A DNA stretch of 64,000 nt from Lama guanicoe (Eukaryota): assembly GCA_013239625.1 (NCBI GenBank), contig MU053881.1, forward strand, positions 7,215,957 through 7,279,956. Reading direction: 5' to 3'. The notes under the pieces are model-generated. The model worked only from the letters and a program-made list of their open reading frames with translations, was not told the DNA's origin and made no database searches. The position numbers and the translations under genes are program-made. Shown here one piece after another: positions 26,820-42,139 of this stretch. The number at the start of each line of letters is the position of its first letter. Position 1 is the first letter of the stretch.

Positions 26820-29800
26820 GAGGGTACTCTAATTAATCCCATTTTACTGATAAGGAAACTGAGGCTCGAAGAGCTCAGAGCTAATAAATGACAGAGCCAG
26901 AATTCAAACCCAGGCGGCAGTCAGGCTTCAGAGCCCGTGCTTCTGCCCGTAACGCTACAGCTGTCTGCTACGGGCCAGGCACTGGGGAGGCACTGGTCAC
27001 ACATGCTGTGCAAGCTATGGCCCTGCCCTAAAGGAGCCCCAGGGAGGAAGGAGAGGATGGCAGCCCCGCTGATAAATGCCTGGATTGGGGAAAGCAGGGG
27101 TGGGGCTATGGGAGCCCCAGGGGTGTGCACGTGCTCATGTTGATGGCGGCTGGGACACACAGAGGAGGTCGGTAGCACAAGACACAGTTATTTCTGACAA
27201 GATGAACATTTCCCCAGATCTGCTGACCAAATGATCTGCTAATAGTCTTAATTCAAGCAATAATTATGCACTAGGTAACGACAGTGACGTGTCCCATTGC
27301 GTTTCCCGCTTTGCGGTGGTTTACTAGGAAGTTCATGCCAAAGATTATGCTCAATTTTTCCCCTCTTTCCTAACTTTATTTTTTGCTTCCTATCTTCTGC
27401 TAGTTACTATTGCTTTTGGTTTTATGATTTCTGCTTTTTATTGTAATCTACCACATTCATTCACGTCTATATCGGTCCATCCTCACCACCACCAAGGGCA
27501 GCAGGTAGGAGATGAATGACAAATACAGGTGTTTGACAGATGAGCATCGGAGCAGCGTGACTGGTGAGCGGCAGCAGTCTTTGCTGGTTCTCACACTTTG
27601 ATAACAATGATGAGGATGATGAAGATGCTGAGAATAATGGTACTAGAAAGGATAACGGGAGCCAACACTTAAGTGCTCACGGCCTGATGGGTGGATTTCC
27701 TGAGTGCTTTACAAGTGTGATTTCATCTAAACCTTACGGCCAACTTTTGAAGTAATATTATTAGCCACGTATTACAGATGGAGAAATCGAAGCACAGAGA
27801 GGTTAAGCAATCTACCCTACGTCGTAGATTCAGAAAATGGCAGAGTCAGCATTAAAACCCAGGCAGTCCATCTTCAAAATGTGTGCCCTTGTCCGCGGTG
27901 CTCTGCCACCTGCATTATCAGACCACTTCAAACCACTCCACATGGCGTGTCAGGGGTCCTGGTATATCAGATGAAGAGAGCCATTCAGAGCAACTCTGGA
28001 CTGCAAGGTGCTAGACCTCGTCCCAGGGGAAGCTGAGGTGCGCTTCGGGGAGTTGCTCCCCATCGCCCCCACCCCCACCATCCTAGAAGCAGTGTTTCTG
28101 GCTCCCTCTTCCTGTCCCAGTGCTCTGGGTGCTCCTCCCACTCCCTGTCCCCCTGTCCAGCAAGCCAGGCTCCAACACAAGACCAGCAGGGATTGTGGAG
28201 GCTGGCCAGGGCCTGGCTTGAGACCATGTCATTTGTATAAAGGCCTCTGTCACAGCAAGACAAGGGCAGGGAGTAGGGGTGGGGGCAATGAGGGCCAGAA
28301 AATAAGAAACATAGAAGGAAGGAAGCCAAGAGGTCTGCTGGCTGGTTCTTACTATACCTGTTACGTGCCAGACCATTCATTACGTAAGCCAAATACTCTT
28401 CTCATTCCAAAATGAGGAACCTGAGCTCACAGAGATCAGGTGATTTGTCCGAGGTCATTCAGCAAGTATAGGCATGAACACGGGAAGAACTCTTTATAGG
28501 AAAGAGGTCTCACCAAAAATTATTTCATTCCAGGAAATGGAATGTCACCCTTACTCCGGGGGCTGTGGTTAGAGTTGGGGATGTGGAGAGAGAGCAGGAG
28601 CCCCAGTGGCTAGAGTCTGGGGAACGCACGGGGGCCCCAGGAGAGCTCTCAGCAGGCTGGGATAACCGAATGCTGGCTGCTTCTCTCCAGGCTGGGGCAG
28701 GGGAGGAGCCGCGGGGCCTGCAGGTGGCTGAGAGTGAGGACCCCTGGGCCCCAGGAAAGCCGTCCGCCCAGCTCAGCACCTTTCTCCATCTCCTACCCTG
28801 GAGGGTGAGAAGGGGGCTGGGGCTCGCTCTCTCCACCCACATGCCCTTCCCCTTGCAAGAAGGATGGGAGGGAAGGAAGAGGGAGAGAGAAGGAACGGGA
28901 AGAAAAGGAGGAGGCAGAAAGGTATTTAAACATAACATTTTACACTTCAGTGATCTGACCAATGCTGATGCATCACAGGACATCCCTGGTCATCAGGCCA
29001 ACACCGTGGGCCCCAAAAGTGAGAGGCAATGAAAGGTGTTCTCGTCCGTCTGTGATCTGCATGGGAGGCAGATGGGGCTTTAGAACTAGCACTGGCGGGA
29101 GCCTATGGGAGGGTCCGAAGGGGACACTGATTCCAGCAATGGTCTGAGGTGTCTGCACCAGAGGATCAACTGGGACGGACTCAGAGGAGGAAATGGACAA
29201 GAAGATGCCACAGAGACATCCGTGGTCCCTTGGGAAACACCAAACCCCACGGAGAACACCACCAAAACCAGAGGAGACACTTGACAGCATTTTCTCCTAA
29301 AAGTTCACCTTCATCACCTCCTTCATTTTTTTTCCTTAATGTAACTTGAGATTTGCCGCAGCTCTCGGCAGGGACTTTTGAACCCTAGGATTTCTGTCCT
29401 CTGTGTGGGCTGGGGCCTCATGCACCGTGGTAGGCATGGTAAAAATGAGAACAGTGACAGTCACTGTTTTTGAGCACCTACTACGAGCCGCACAGGCGAC
29501 AGGCTGGTCACACTGTTTGCTCATCTTAAAAACGAAGGGTGGGACCTTCAACAGCACAGGAGTCCTGGGCTTCTGCAAACGGCCAGCTGCCACTGAGTTC
29601 TCGGCTCATCTGTGATTAGATCAGATCATAAACTTTCCCCCTTCCCTTCTCCTTGTGAAAATTCTGCAGTGTAGGCAGGGATCCAGAGGCGGGAAGGCCT
29701 TCACTGCAGCTGCCTGCCAATGCTTTGCGGTTCCAGGGTGGACGGAGTGCCGCAGAGTCCGGGCCTGACAATCGCCCCTGGTGGGTCTGTGGCAGGTGTG

Positions 29801-31100
29801 TGTATGTCGGGGATGGAGGTCCCCAACAAGTCCGAGCTGTGGGCCACTTCCGCTGGCCCTCACCCAAGGCACCTCTGGTGGGCACAGGACTTCCTCCAGC
29901 CGCAATGGACCATACCCATCTTGGGCAAGTCTTTCTCCTCCCTTCAACAGTTTCCTCATCTGCAAAATGGGAGTGATGATGTCTGGTCTTGGCAGAACTT
30001 TGTGTGAGGTCAAAACGGGCCAGTAAATTTGAAAACACTTTGAAAACTGTAGCATTTCTCTTAAAGAGCAAAGGGTCACTGGGGTCATGCTTATTTCTAG
30101 TACAAGCACTAGGATTTTAATCCACCAAAGGTGTCTGGCTGCCTTACACGGGAGTATAGGTCCCTTTGGAATGGGAAGACATTGCCTGTTTTATTCATAA
30201 CAGCTTTAGACAGCTTACAGAATGAGATTACCAAGTGTAAATTCAGACTAATTAAGAAGGAAACAGAGTTCCCAGGTGTCACAAAGCCAAAGAAGGTGGT
30301 GCTGACATGGGGAAGGCGCTTCCTGCCGCCTTCTGTTGTAACTGATCCCTCCTCGACATTGAAACAAGAAGAGCTGATACCTTCACGTTGAAAAAGAACC
30401 TAGAATTGGCCTGAGCCAACTCTGCACCTTAAAATGACTCCATTTAGAGCAATGCAAATTTATTGCTGCCTAGCTTCTTGCTGGCTTTCCTGTACTTGAG
30501 CTGATGGAGAAGGGGACTGAGACAGAACCACTCAACCCCGTGCCCTCACTCCTGTCTGACACAGTCACTCCTCTGATGATAAATACGAAAGGGCCCAGGT
30601 TCTTCTGCATGTCTGAGCAGGCAGCTGCCCAGTGTCTGGCCCCAGGAAGAGTAAATCAAATTGTTTAAAGTTCAAAGAGTATAATCTTAAAAGTGGTGAG
30701 AAAACCTCCCCTGTGAGGTAGTGAAATTGAAATGCAGTGAGAGAGAGCAGAAAAAAACCTTCTGGAAAGAATTCAAAATGCTGAGTAAAATACAGAGAGA
30801 GAGCAGACTTCGGCTCTTCCCTCTCTGAGAAGAAGCCGGGGGAACTGACCATCAAGGGCACCTGCTAGGAGTAAACTTTCTACACTGGAGAGAGAAAGCT
30901 GGAGGTGACCTTTCAGATGTAGCAACAGGAGTAACCAGTGCCTCCAGCCAGGGGGGATGTGTGGACCAGAGAAGTGCCCCTGCAGGGCAGGTGCCCTAAG
31001 GCTTGTAGGAGATGCAATTCCAAGAGATAGAGTTCCTGCCCTTGCAACTGAACAGCCAAGGGGATGAAAATGCTGACCCATAAGCTCTTCTTAAAGATGC

Positions 31101-31345
31101 AGGGGAGAAGAAGGAGGCAAGAGAAGGGGCTGGGGAGGAAGGAAAGAAAGGGAGGGGTGGACAAGGATGAGCGGGGAGGGTGTGATAAATACCCTGTCGG
31201 GAGAGAGGTGGCAAGGCAAAGAGCTGGGAAGGAGCCGGAGAGGGAAATCGGGAGGAGAAGTGCGGGAGGAAACAGAAAAGAAGGAGAAGGAGGCGGGGAG
31301 ACAGAAGAGGGGATAAAAGGAGAGAGGAGAGGGAGCAGAGGAGGA
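31101..31345. repeat. GA-rich low-complexity polypurine tract
   Basis: Strongly A/G-biased + strand (aggggagaagaaggagg...aggagagaggagagggagcagaggaggaag). It explains several spurious ORFs here. Confidence 0.8.
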
Positions 31346-32214
31346 AGCCTTTGCTGGATTCGAAACATTTTCTTTCTGAAGCTGGGCTGTGGGTTCACAG
31401 GGTTTATGTTCACTGTGTCTCCTTTGGGCTGTTCTGCATGCCTCAAACATTTTCTAATTTTTTAAAAAAATGAAGAGGAGGGAGAAGAAAGAGAATAAGA
31501 ATGAAGAAGAGGCAGAGGGAGATGGCAACCCTATCTTCCCTGGGCTTCTCTGAAAATGCAACCGGGGGCTGGAGTAGCAGAGAAAAACAAACAAGAGTTG
31601 GCAGCCTGCCCATCCATGTGAGAGGCCTCCGGGAGCAGGAGGCAGGTCTTCTCCACTGGACCTGGTTCTAAACCGGGTGCCTGACCCTGAGCCGGATGGA
31701 AGCCACGGTCTCCATCCTAACGGCTCCTATGGAGAACAGTGGCCCTAGATTTTGCAACCAGTTTCACGTCAGCTTAACTCAGCATCACCTGAACAGTTTG
31801 ATACGTTCCCAGGGCTCCTGCTCTGTGCCTTGGACCACTTTGGAGGCTGGGATATAAATCGGACCCCGTTCTTTTCGAGGACTTTATTGGTAGAGGAGAG
31901 CTGCTCAGAGACTCAGTTTCTCCATCTGTAGAATGAAAGGGTGTATCTCAGTGGTTTTCAAACCGGGCTTTCTTGGAGCCCTAGGACTCTAGGGTGTGGC
32001 TCAGAGTGGGGGAGCACTGCTTCCCCCACTTTTTCTAGAACAGCTCAGCTTCATTCTGTCTTACACATTGAGATTAGGCTTCAGCTTGGATTTGGAAATA
32101 CGATCCCACGGCTAAAGGAGATTTGAAAGCTTTGAATGAGATGCTCCCCAAGGTGTCAAATTTTGAAGTTCTCTGTTCTGTTTCTAAGGTTGTATGATTT
32201 CTTGAAGACTCTAA

Positions 32215-32830
32215 GAATTCATTCACTCATTTATTTATTAAGTGTTTATTGAGGCTCCTCAATAAAAGGGGACAGGGACAGACAATCAACAAATAAACAA
32301 ACAAGCTAATAGAACAGGGTGCAGCTGCACAGAGGGACGTGGAGGATGGAGAGGAGGCTGGGGACAGCCTCCTGGAGAGGACATCCTTGGAGCGGAGGCT
32401 TTATGGGCAGAGAGACCAGCCTTGGAAAGACCTGGGGTGAAAAGCAGTCCAGACAAAAGGAATGGCCAGTTGTTGAGAATGAATCTGGCATGTCCAGGGC
32501 TGGGGGATCCAGGCCATAGAAAGCAAGGGGGAAATGGTAAGAGATGAGATGGGGCCAGGAAGGTAGATAAGGCCAGATGATGTCGGTTCTTGTAGATCCT
32601 GTAAAGAGTTTAGATTTTAGTATAAATTCCATAGGTTACCTTTGAAGGGTTTCAGAGAGGGGCCTGATGTGACCTGATTAAATTTTATAAAGATCACTCT
32701 GGCTGCTGTGTGGAGAACGGATGGTAAAGGGGGCAAGAATGGAGACACCTCTTTCAGTGGTACGGATGGGAGATGACAGAGACATGGTATGAAAAGCAGC
32801 AATTGTGAGAAAGGGTCAAACACGGCACAA
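32215..32830 (-). mobile_element. LINE-2 3' fragment
   Basis: Starts ttcattcactcatttatt...gtttattgag and contains ttttataaagatcactctggctgctgtgtggagaa. Confidence 0.75.
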
Positions 32831-33771
32831 TGAAATCTGAGAGAAAGATTTCCTGATCACTACATATCTAATATCTTTCTAGATTCCAAACATATGAGTT
32901 TTGATCTTAATCTCGCCTTCTGGTGCCGAATGCTGCCTCCAAGTACACCCCGTATGCTTAGTAATTCCAGATGGTAAAAAGAAAGCCAGTTCCCTTTGAC
33001 TTCTTGGCCATTTGCGGGAAAGTATGGATTGAAACAGACCCCAGATTTTTAACCAGCCCTCTATTCCTTATGGAGAAAGCCACTGGGGCAATTTTCAAAT
33101 TGGAAAGATAAACAAAGGCTTGGATCACAAACATTAACTCTTTGATTTCAGACAGGTACGCAGTAAAATTTGCCAACAGGCTTGACCAAGAAATTAAGCA
33201 AATACAAATGGATGGGAATAGAAACTTTGATGGGAAGAACCACGAGACCTAAGGGTGAGTGATCAGGGGTTATTTTTGAAGTGGCTCCTGTGCCTCTTAC
33301 ATTAGAAGACATAAAAGGAGCATGAGACATATGTTCCTCCCCTTTAAGGATGCATCCTCCAGCCGAGGAAACACGGTCAACATGTAAAGTGGTTAGACAG
33401 CTGGTCGGCTAAATGAAGGGGGGGTGTCTTGGGGTCTCCACTAGAGCCCAGAGGCTGGCCTCAGGGGGACTGGGTTCCAGCTCCACCTCTGTGACTTAGG
33501 ACAAGCCATCCAGCTCTTGTGGGGCTGACTCCTCCTCTCTGAAACAGGGGCAATGCTTCCCCATATTCCTAGGAGGCATTACATGGGATTTGAAAATGCT
33601 TTGTAAGTTGCAGAGTCCGGAATAAATAGTAAGGGCTATTACTACTGACTCTAAGCGCAGAAGGAGGAGGGAGAAGCCAGTGTGTCAGCAATGGAGCCTC
33701 CTCTGAAAAATAGAAACATAATCCAGTGCCTCCCGCTCAAAACCTACCAGCGACTCCCTGTTGCCTCCGGC

Positions 33772-34007
33772 CAAGGTGGGCAAACTGTGCCCCACTCCCC
33801 AGCCCACGCTGCCTGTTTTGTACATTTAAATTTTATCAGAATACAGACACAGCCATTTCTTGACATACTGTCTATGGCTGCTTTCTTGCCACAATGTCAG
33901 AGCTGAATAGCTGTGGCAGAAACCTTATGGCCGGCAAAGCTGAAAATATTTACTATCTGGCCCTTTATAGAAAGAGAGAGAAAAAAAAAAAAAACTGCTG
34001 ACTCCTG
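33772..34007. mobile_element. MER58A-like hAT-Charlie MITE nested in L2-like sequence
   Basis: caaggtgggcaaac ... gtctatggctgcttt ... gcaaagctgaaaatatttactatctggccctttatagaaa ... ctgctgactcctg. Confidence 0.8.
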
Positions 34008-35559
34008 GCCTAAAGGATAAAGTCCAAACCCCATTTGAAATGTAAGGTGCTTTCAGAGCACCCTATACAGCAGGCTTTGAATGCATGAAATGAATCAAGT
34101 ATCTTCCTCCAAGTTATCCCCAACTCTACCCCCTCCCAGGGACTGATGCTGTACGAAGCAGCATTGTCAGGTCCCTTCCTAGGGCTACAACAGGGATGCC
34201 GTCTTATTCCTCTCTGTAATCTCCACAGTGCTGATCACAGCGCCCAGGTCATAACAGGGTCTCAGTAAAGTTTAACCCAATTAAATCTGAGTCATAAACA
34301 GAGCAAGCATAATATACTGAGGGACCCAGTTCGTTCATCACAGAGACCTGTCGATGCTGTTTCTTTGATAATATGTCATTGACAGGAGGAGCCAGCTAGA
34401 AGTGAATTAACTAATTTGCTCTTAATTAATTAGTTGCACAAACATTTACTCCATGCTAACTGTGAGACGATTTCTATGCCACCGAAGCTGAGGCAAATGA
34501 GTAATGTGGGATTATATGCTTTCCTTTGACAAGAATTTACTTAACACTTGCTGTGTGTCAAGCTGGGGTAAGGACCAGGGGCTCGAGGGGACTGGGACCA
34601 CTTTCAGCTCTCAAGGAGCTTGCAGTCTAGTTGAGAAGGCGAAATGTCATCAGATAAACACTGCACAAGCAGGCAAAGGTAATACAAACGTGGTACACAA
34701 ATGTGGAGGCAGCAGGGAAACGGGCAGGATTTCTAGGAATGCTGACCTCGTGGGTTCCTGCCTGTATATTTACCTACAGTTTACTCTCCCAAGGGAAACT
34801 GGACGTGCCCAGGCAACTTGCACAGGAGCGCGATCTCCAGCCAGGTTCTATCTGCAGTGCTAACATTGCCTGTGCTGATCACTTTATATAGGTTATCTCA
34901 TGTAATCCTCACAACGCTCTGTGTGGTTTCATGAAGGCCAAGTCACTTGTGCCGGGTCAAGAGTGAGGAAGCGGAAGATTCTAGACGATGTCGGTCATAA
35001 GCTAAACTAGCCTATGCACTCAAGCCTTCACTGTATAGAGAAGAGAAGTGGAACTCTGCTCCAGAGAAAGTCTACAGGTTAAGACCTACAGAGACAGTAC
35101 TAAATGTTGCTGTACTTACGAAGGGGACACCAATTTCACGAGGAATGTCTGATGTGGATTAAAGGCATGGCTGGACCACAAATGGCTGGTTTTGTGTTCA
35201 GTAAATTAATAATCAAGGGAATGAAGAGTTGCAATGACTCCCAGCCGATGCGGTGAAAGGGCGGTTGTAACCACCTCTAGGCAGTAATTCTGGGCTCTGG
35301 CCAGGGTATTCATTAAGCCCTAACCACCAAGGCCCGGGGAACTCCCTGTCACTTCATGGCCAGCTGGGAGCCACAGTGAGTCCTTTCCCTCTAGCCAGGT
35401 ATCCTCCTCAGGACATGTCTGTGCAAAGGTCATGGTGGGCACTGGGGGCAGAAGGACTGAAATATAAATTCGCAATTTTTAAAAGTGGAAATGTTTATAC
35501 TTGTTAAGCTTCCTAGGTCATGTCCAGGACATAAGACTCTCCACATTAGCCTAATTGTC

Positions 35560-36350
35560 CAAATTGCTACTTTCAACTTTTCCTGTTCTGTTCTTTACCT
35601 GTACCAAATGCAGTGTGAAACCAGTTAAACACATGGAAAGTGCCCAATCTTGAATAAATTCCATGATGAGACCAATGAAATACAAATTTCTCTCCCATTT
35701 CATTGGCAATGATGAAAAAATAAACAGAAACTGACCAAACAGTGGCAAAGAGGCTCTGGTAAAGAAAGCCTTCTCATGCACTGATGGTGGTTGCTCATTG
35801 GTAGAATTTTCTGGAAGGAAAAGAGGTAATAGCCACAAAAAGTAAAATGCACAGGTACTTGAATCCACTAGTTCTTCTTCCAGGAGTTTATGCCGAGAAA
35901 ATAATTAGACAAGTGCTCCAAGGTTCATATAGCAAAAAAAAAAAAAGTTATTTACTGGATTATTAATAATATCAAATATTTAGAAACAACCTAAATATCC
36001 ACAAAAGGATATTACTTGAATAGATCATGGTATAACTAGACAACAGAGTGCTGTTAGCCTACTTAAAACGATGGTGTGAAATCTATATTTCATGATAACC
36101 TTCTTTGCACTGTTCAGTAAAAAAAGGCTTCCTGTAAACCTGCACATGCATGCAGTGTACGTGCTAGATGTGTCATGCTGCACAGCAAGGTGCGTAGAAT
36201 AAACTTCACCAAAGCGTTGGCGCATCGTGGCTCCTTCTGGATGGTGAAATATCAGGTCATCTGCTTTCTTCCCTTTTGGTTTATCTACACTAGTTGAATT
36301 TTTACAATGAACATATAATATCTTTAAAAACAGAAAACGGTTTCTAAAGA
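35560..36350 (+). mobile_element. Old LINE-1 (L1ME-like) 3' fragment
   Basis: Decayed ORF2-end and 3' UTR motifs: ctcatgcactgatggtgg, ttcttcttccaggagtttatgccgagaaaataatt, gaaacaacctaaatatcca, ttttacaatgaacatata. Confidence 0.6.
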
Positions 36351-37464
36351 TCAAAGAAAAAAAAAATCTTGAAGGCTTTATACGTTTCCCGGAGGAAAAG
36401 CGGGGCTAAAACCAGAAGAATGGCTGAGTTTCATAAGGAACATGTGGCGGGACTTTGAAATCTGCCTGACAGCCCTGCACAAGGTGATCAGTCCTTCCCC
36501 AAGTTCTAGACAAGGAAGGAAGTTCCAGTGGTCAGGAGCCTGTACTCCAAGGTCAGCCCTTGGGTTCACTGGGTAAGTGACTTGGGGCAAATTACTTAAC
36601 CTCTGTGCCTAAGTTGTCTCGTTTACAAAACGCGTGACTGACAGCCCCTGCCTCTAAGACTGCCATGAAGATGAAGGTACAAGAGTAAGCGAACACCTGT
36701 CAGGATGCCTGGCACATGATCAGTGTTCACTAAACATTAGCTCTGATGAAAACCAGCTTCAGACAAGCAGAGCCTTCGTCAGTTAACTTTCCAAGAATGA
36801 AGCACTAACGAGCAGTTGAAGAGAGGGAGAACGTAGAGGACAACTAGGCAAAGAAGTCCACGAAAGCAGACGTAAAACTATCTAGGCCCTGCAACACAAG
36901 GGTTAAAGGTATGGGCAGTGTGGTTTTAGGCGTTTGACTTAACCTCACAAGGCTTAATTCTTCATTCTGCAAAATGGGGGTTATATACAGGAGGGCACTT
37001 TAAGGATTAAATGTCAAGTGTTAACACAGGGCTTGGTAATAGTAAGTTTTGAATACATATTTGCTACTATTACTAAAAGTACTTACTATGGACTATGAGA
37101 TTAGGTCGTGGGCTCCCTGTCACTACAGGTATCCAGGTGGGCTTACTTATTCCGTGAAAAGGATGGTGCAGAGAGGACTTAGTCTTGGAAGGAGGGGATA
37201 GGCGACTGGATTCTTCTCGATTTAAAACATTCTGCAGTCACCGAAACGTGAAACTGATTTTTAAAGGGGAGTTATTTGGGATCGTTGTGCAGGGTGACCA
37301 GGAACCGGTCATCAACAGGGCAGTTCCCCAGAGTTACAGGATGATGCAGCCTTCAGAGGCCAGCCCTGCTTTTCAAACACAGGAGGCGAGTGTTCTCCTA
37401 GACTCTGCCCATTCTCTGTATCAAGTTTTGTTCTAAGGATTAAATGCAATATTGGAAAACCAAC

Positions 37465-37690
37465 GGAGTGTAGAGGTCAGAGCACAGGTTTGGAGCCAGA
37501 CTGCTTAAGTCCAGACCCTGGCCCCTTCATGAGCTGTGCGTCCTTGGCCCTCAGTTTCTTCAGCTGTAAAATGGGGATAATACTAGTATCTCCTGCTACA
37601 GGGTAGGGAGTGAATGAGTTGCAGCTTGGAAAGTGCTGAGAACAGCAGCCAGTGCATTAGTGAGTTCTCCGTAAATGAGAGTTGTTATGA
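37465..37690 (+). mobile_element. MIR SINE
   Basis: tttggagccagactgc...cctcagtttcttcagctgtaaaatggggataatactagtatct. Confidence 0.8.
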
Positions 37691-38527
37691 TTAATGCATG
37701 TGAAGCCCACAGTGTGGTAGAAATAAGTGTTCAATAAATGGTAACTGTTATTACTACATGGTACACCTTCTATGGAGGATTTTATGCACATTTATCTCCT
37801 GGAGAGCAATTTGAAAAATGAAGACATTAGGGGAGAATCTTGTCCTTGAGTAAATGTTTCAGTCCTAGCATAGAGAATCCATCATCCTGTTGCCCGGGCA
37901 CCGTGACCTAGAACCCCCGTTCCCCAGGCTCTCCTTTGCTTCCAAAGGACCTGCCCTTCATTCACTGTCCGCTCTTTCATGAAATGCTCATCAAGCACTC
38001 GCGGTGAACCAAAAGGAGGGCTGGAAACACCCAAGCGGTAAAAATGTGTTTTCAGTTCCTGCCATTCTAGAGCTTACAGGTTGGTGGGGGGGGGATTCAC
38101 ACTAAAGAAATACACACACAAATGATGATTTAGGGACAGCTGCCACCTGCGCTATGAAGGATGTGATGAGAAGGTATAATGGAGGGTCTTTATGTGATCT
38201 GGCACCAGAAGTGGACATGACAGAGGAGTCACTGAAAAGATTTTGGGGAAAACTGACACTTAAGCAGGGGCTTCACTGGATGAAAGGGAGTTGGCTGGGT
38301 GATACCTGGGAGGGGAAGGGAGACATAATCCAGGAGGAGAGGCATTTGCTCCGAGGCCCTGCAGCCACAAGGCGGCTGACTCCCTAAGGGAACTGACAGA
38401 AGGGCAGTGAGTTGACTTACCCCTACCATCCACTCAGAAGCGCTTAGCTGGGAGGTTGGAATTTGGAGAGAAACCCAGGTCCCCAGGACCTACGTTCTCA
38501 GTTGCAACTGTTGTCTCTTCCCTTTAG

Positions 38528-40771
<2,244 letters not shown>

Positions 40772-41872
40772 TAAGGAGAATTATTATTTTCTTTTATATT
40801 AAAAACTACGAGTTAAGTCCTTTGTCAGGATAGAGGCAGAGGGAGCTTAGGTTTCTGTTAGTAAAATGTCTCCAAAATGTGTGAGGTGATGTTTCCCAAA
40901 ATCGCCAGCAATGGCCTCTCTTTGTTCTGACTGGGTTTCATTTCATTCTAGGCTTTGGTAGATTTCCATGGTGATTTGTTTTTGTTTCCAGGAATCAACA
41001 GACTGGAGAAAGGGGGCAATGAAGCAGCAGGGTCGAAAATGACTTTTATTAAGATGTGTGTCCAGTTGATAAATGATGGGGATAAGTGACAGCATGCAGG
41101 TGCTCCCCGCCCCGCCCCATCCTGGTAGCAAGTTACTGCATTTGCACTGGATTTCAGTTCCTTGTCACAGAGGATTTGAGGTGGCCGATAAGCCACCTGT
41201 TGCCCTTTCCCGCCACTGACCACTTTGAAGGCTTGAGCCCGTCCATCGCGGACCAGCTAAGGAGGAACTGAAATGAGATCACAATTCTGCAAAGAGAAGG
41301 AAAGTCACAAAATGCTTTCCTGGGTGACTCAGCACCAGTCTGGGGAGGGGAAGGCAGTGACTTGTTTAGGTGTGGAATGCTCTTCCCTTGAAACAGTGCT
41401 CTCTAAAGGCTGAGAAGGAGGAATGGCCAAAGCTAATCAACAAAAGGGTGAGGGAGGGAAGACGTAATTAACTGGCATTTTCTGATGTGAATCAGAATCA
41501 ACATTGCCTTACAAGAGAGAAGCACTGCGATGATACAGAGAGACATGCCCTCAACTAAAGGATCAGGAGTTTTCATCATCCTCCTCTACTCATTTGCAAA
41601 GTCCTTCAATTTCCCCATCTATCATGTGAGGGTAAGATTAACTGACTCATCCTACAGGCTTGTTGTGGGTATGAAGAAAACCTCAGATGTCAAAGTGCTT
41701 AAACATTTATAAAGCCCTCCAGAAATATGAGGTCCTATTAATACGGGTTTCTTGTTTCTTTATTTGTTTTGGCCATGCAGCTTCAGACTTTGGTACCCAC
41801 GAGAGGGGCAGCGCTGTGCTGCAGGGAATGAGCCGGTAGAATGCATGCACCCCATGGGACTTGTGCCCATAG

Positions 41873-42139
<267 letters not shown>

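Noticed and set aside
27950..30109. Cluster of 100-160 aa ORFs in a GC-richer stretch
   Set aside because: Mutually overlapping on both strands, partly MIR-derived, with no splice-consistent exon chain or recognisable homology.
30913..31465. Overlapping 119-177 aa ORFs on both strands
   Set aside because: Products of a stop-poor GA-rich low-complexity tract.
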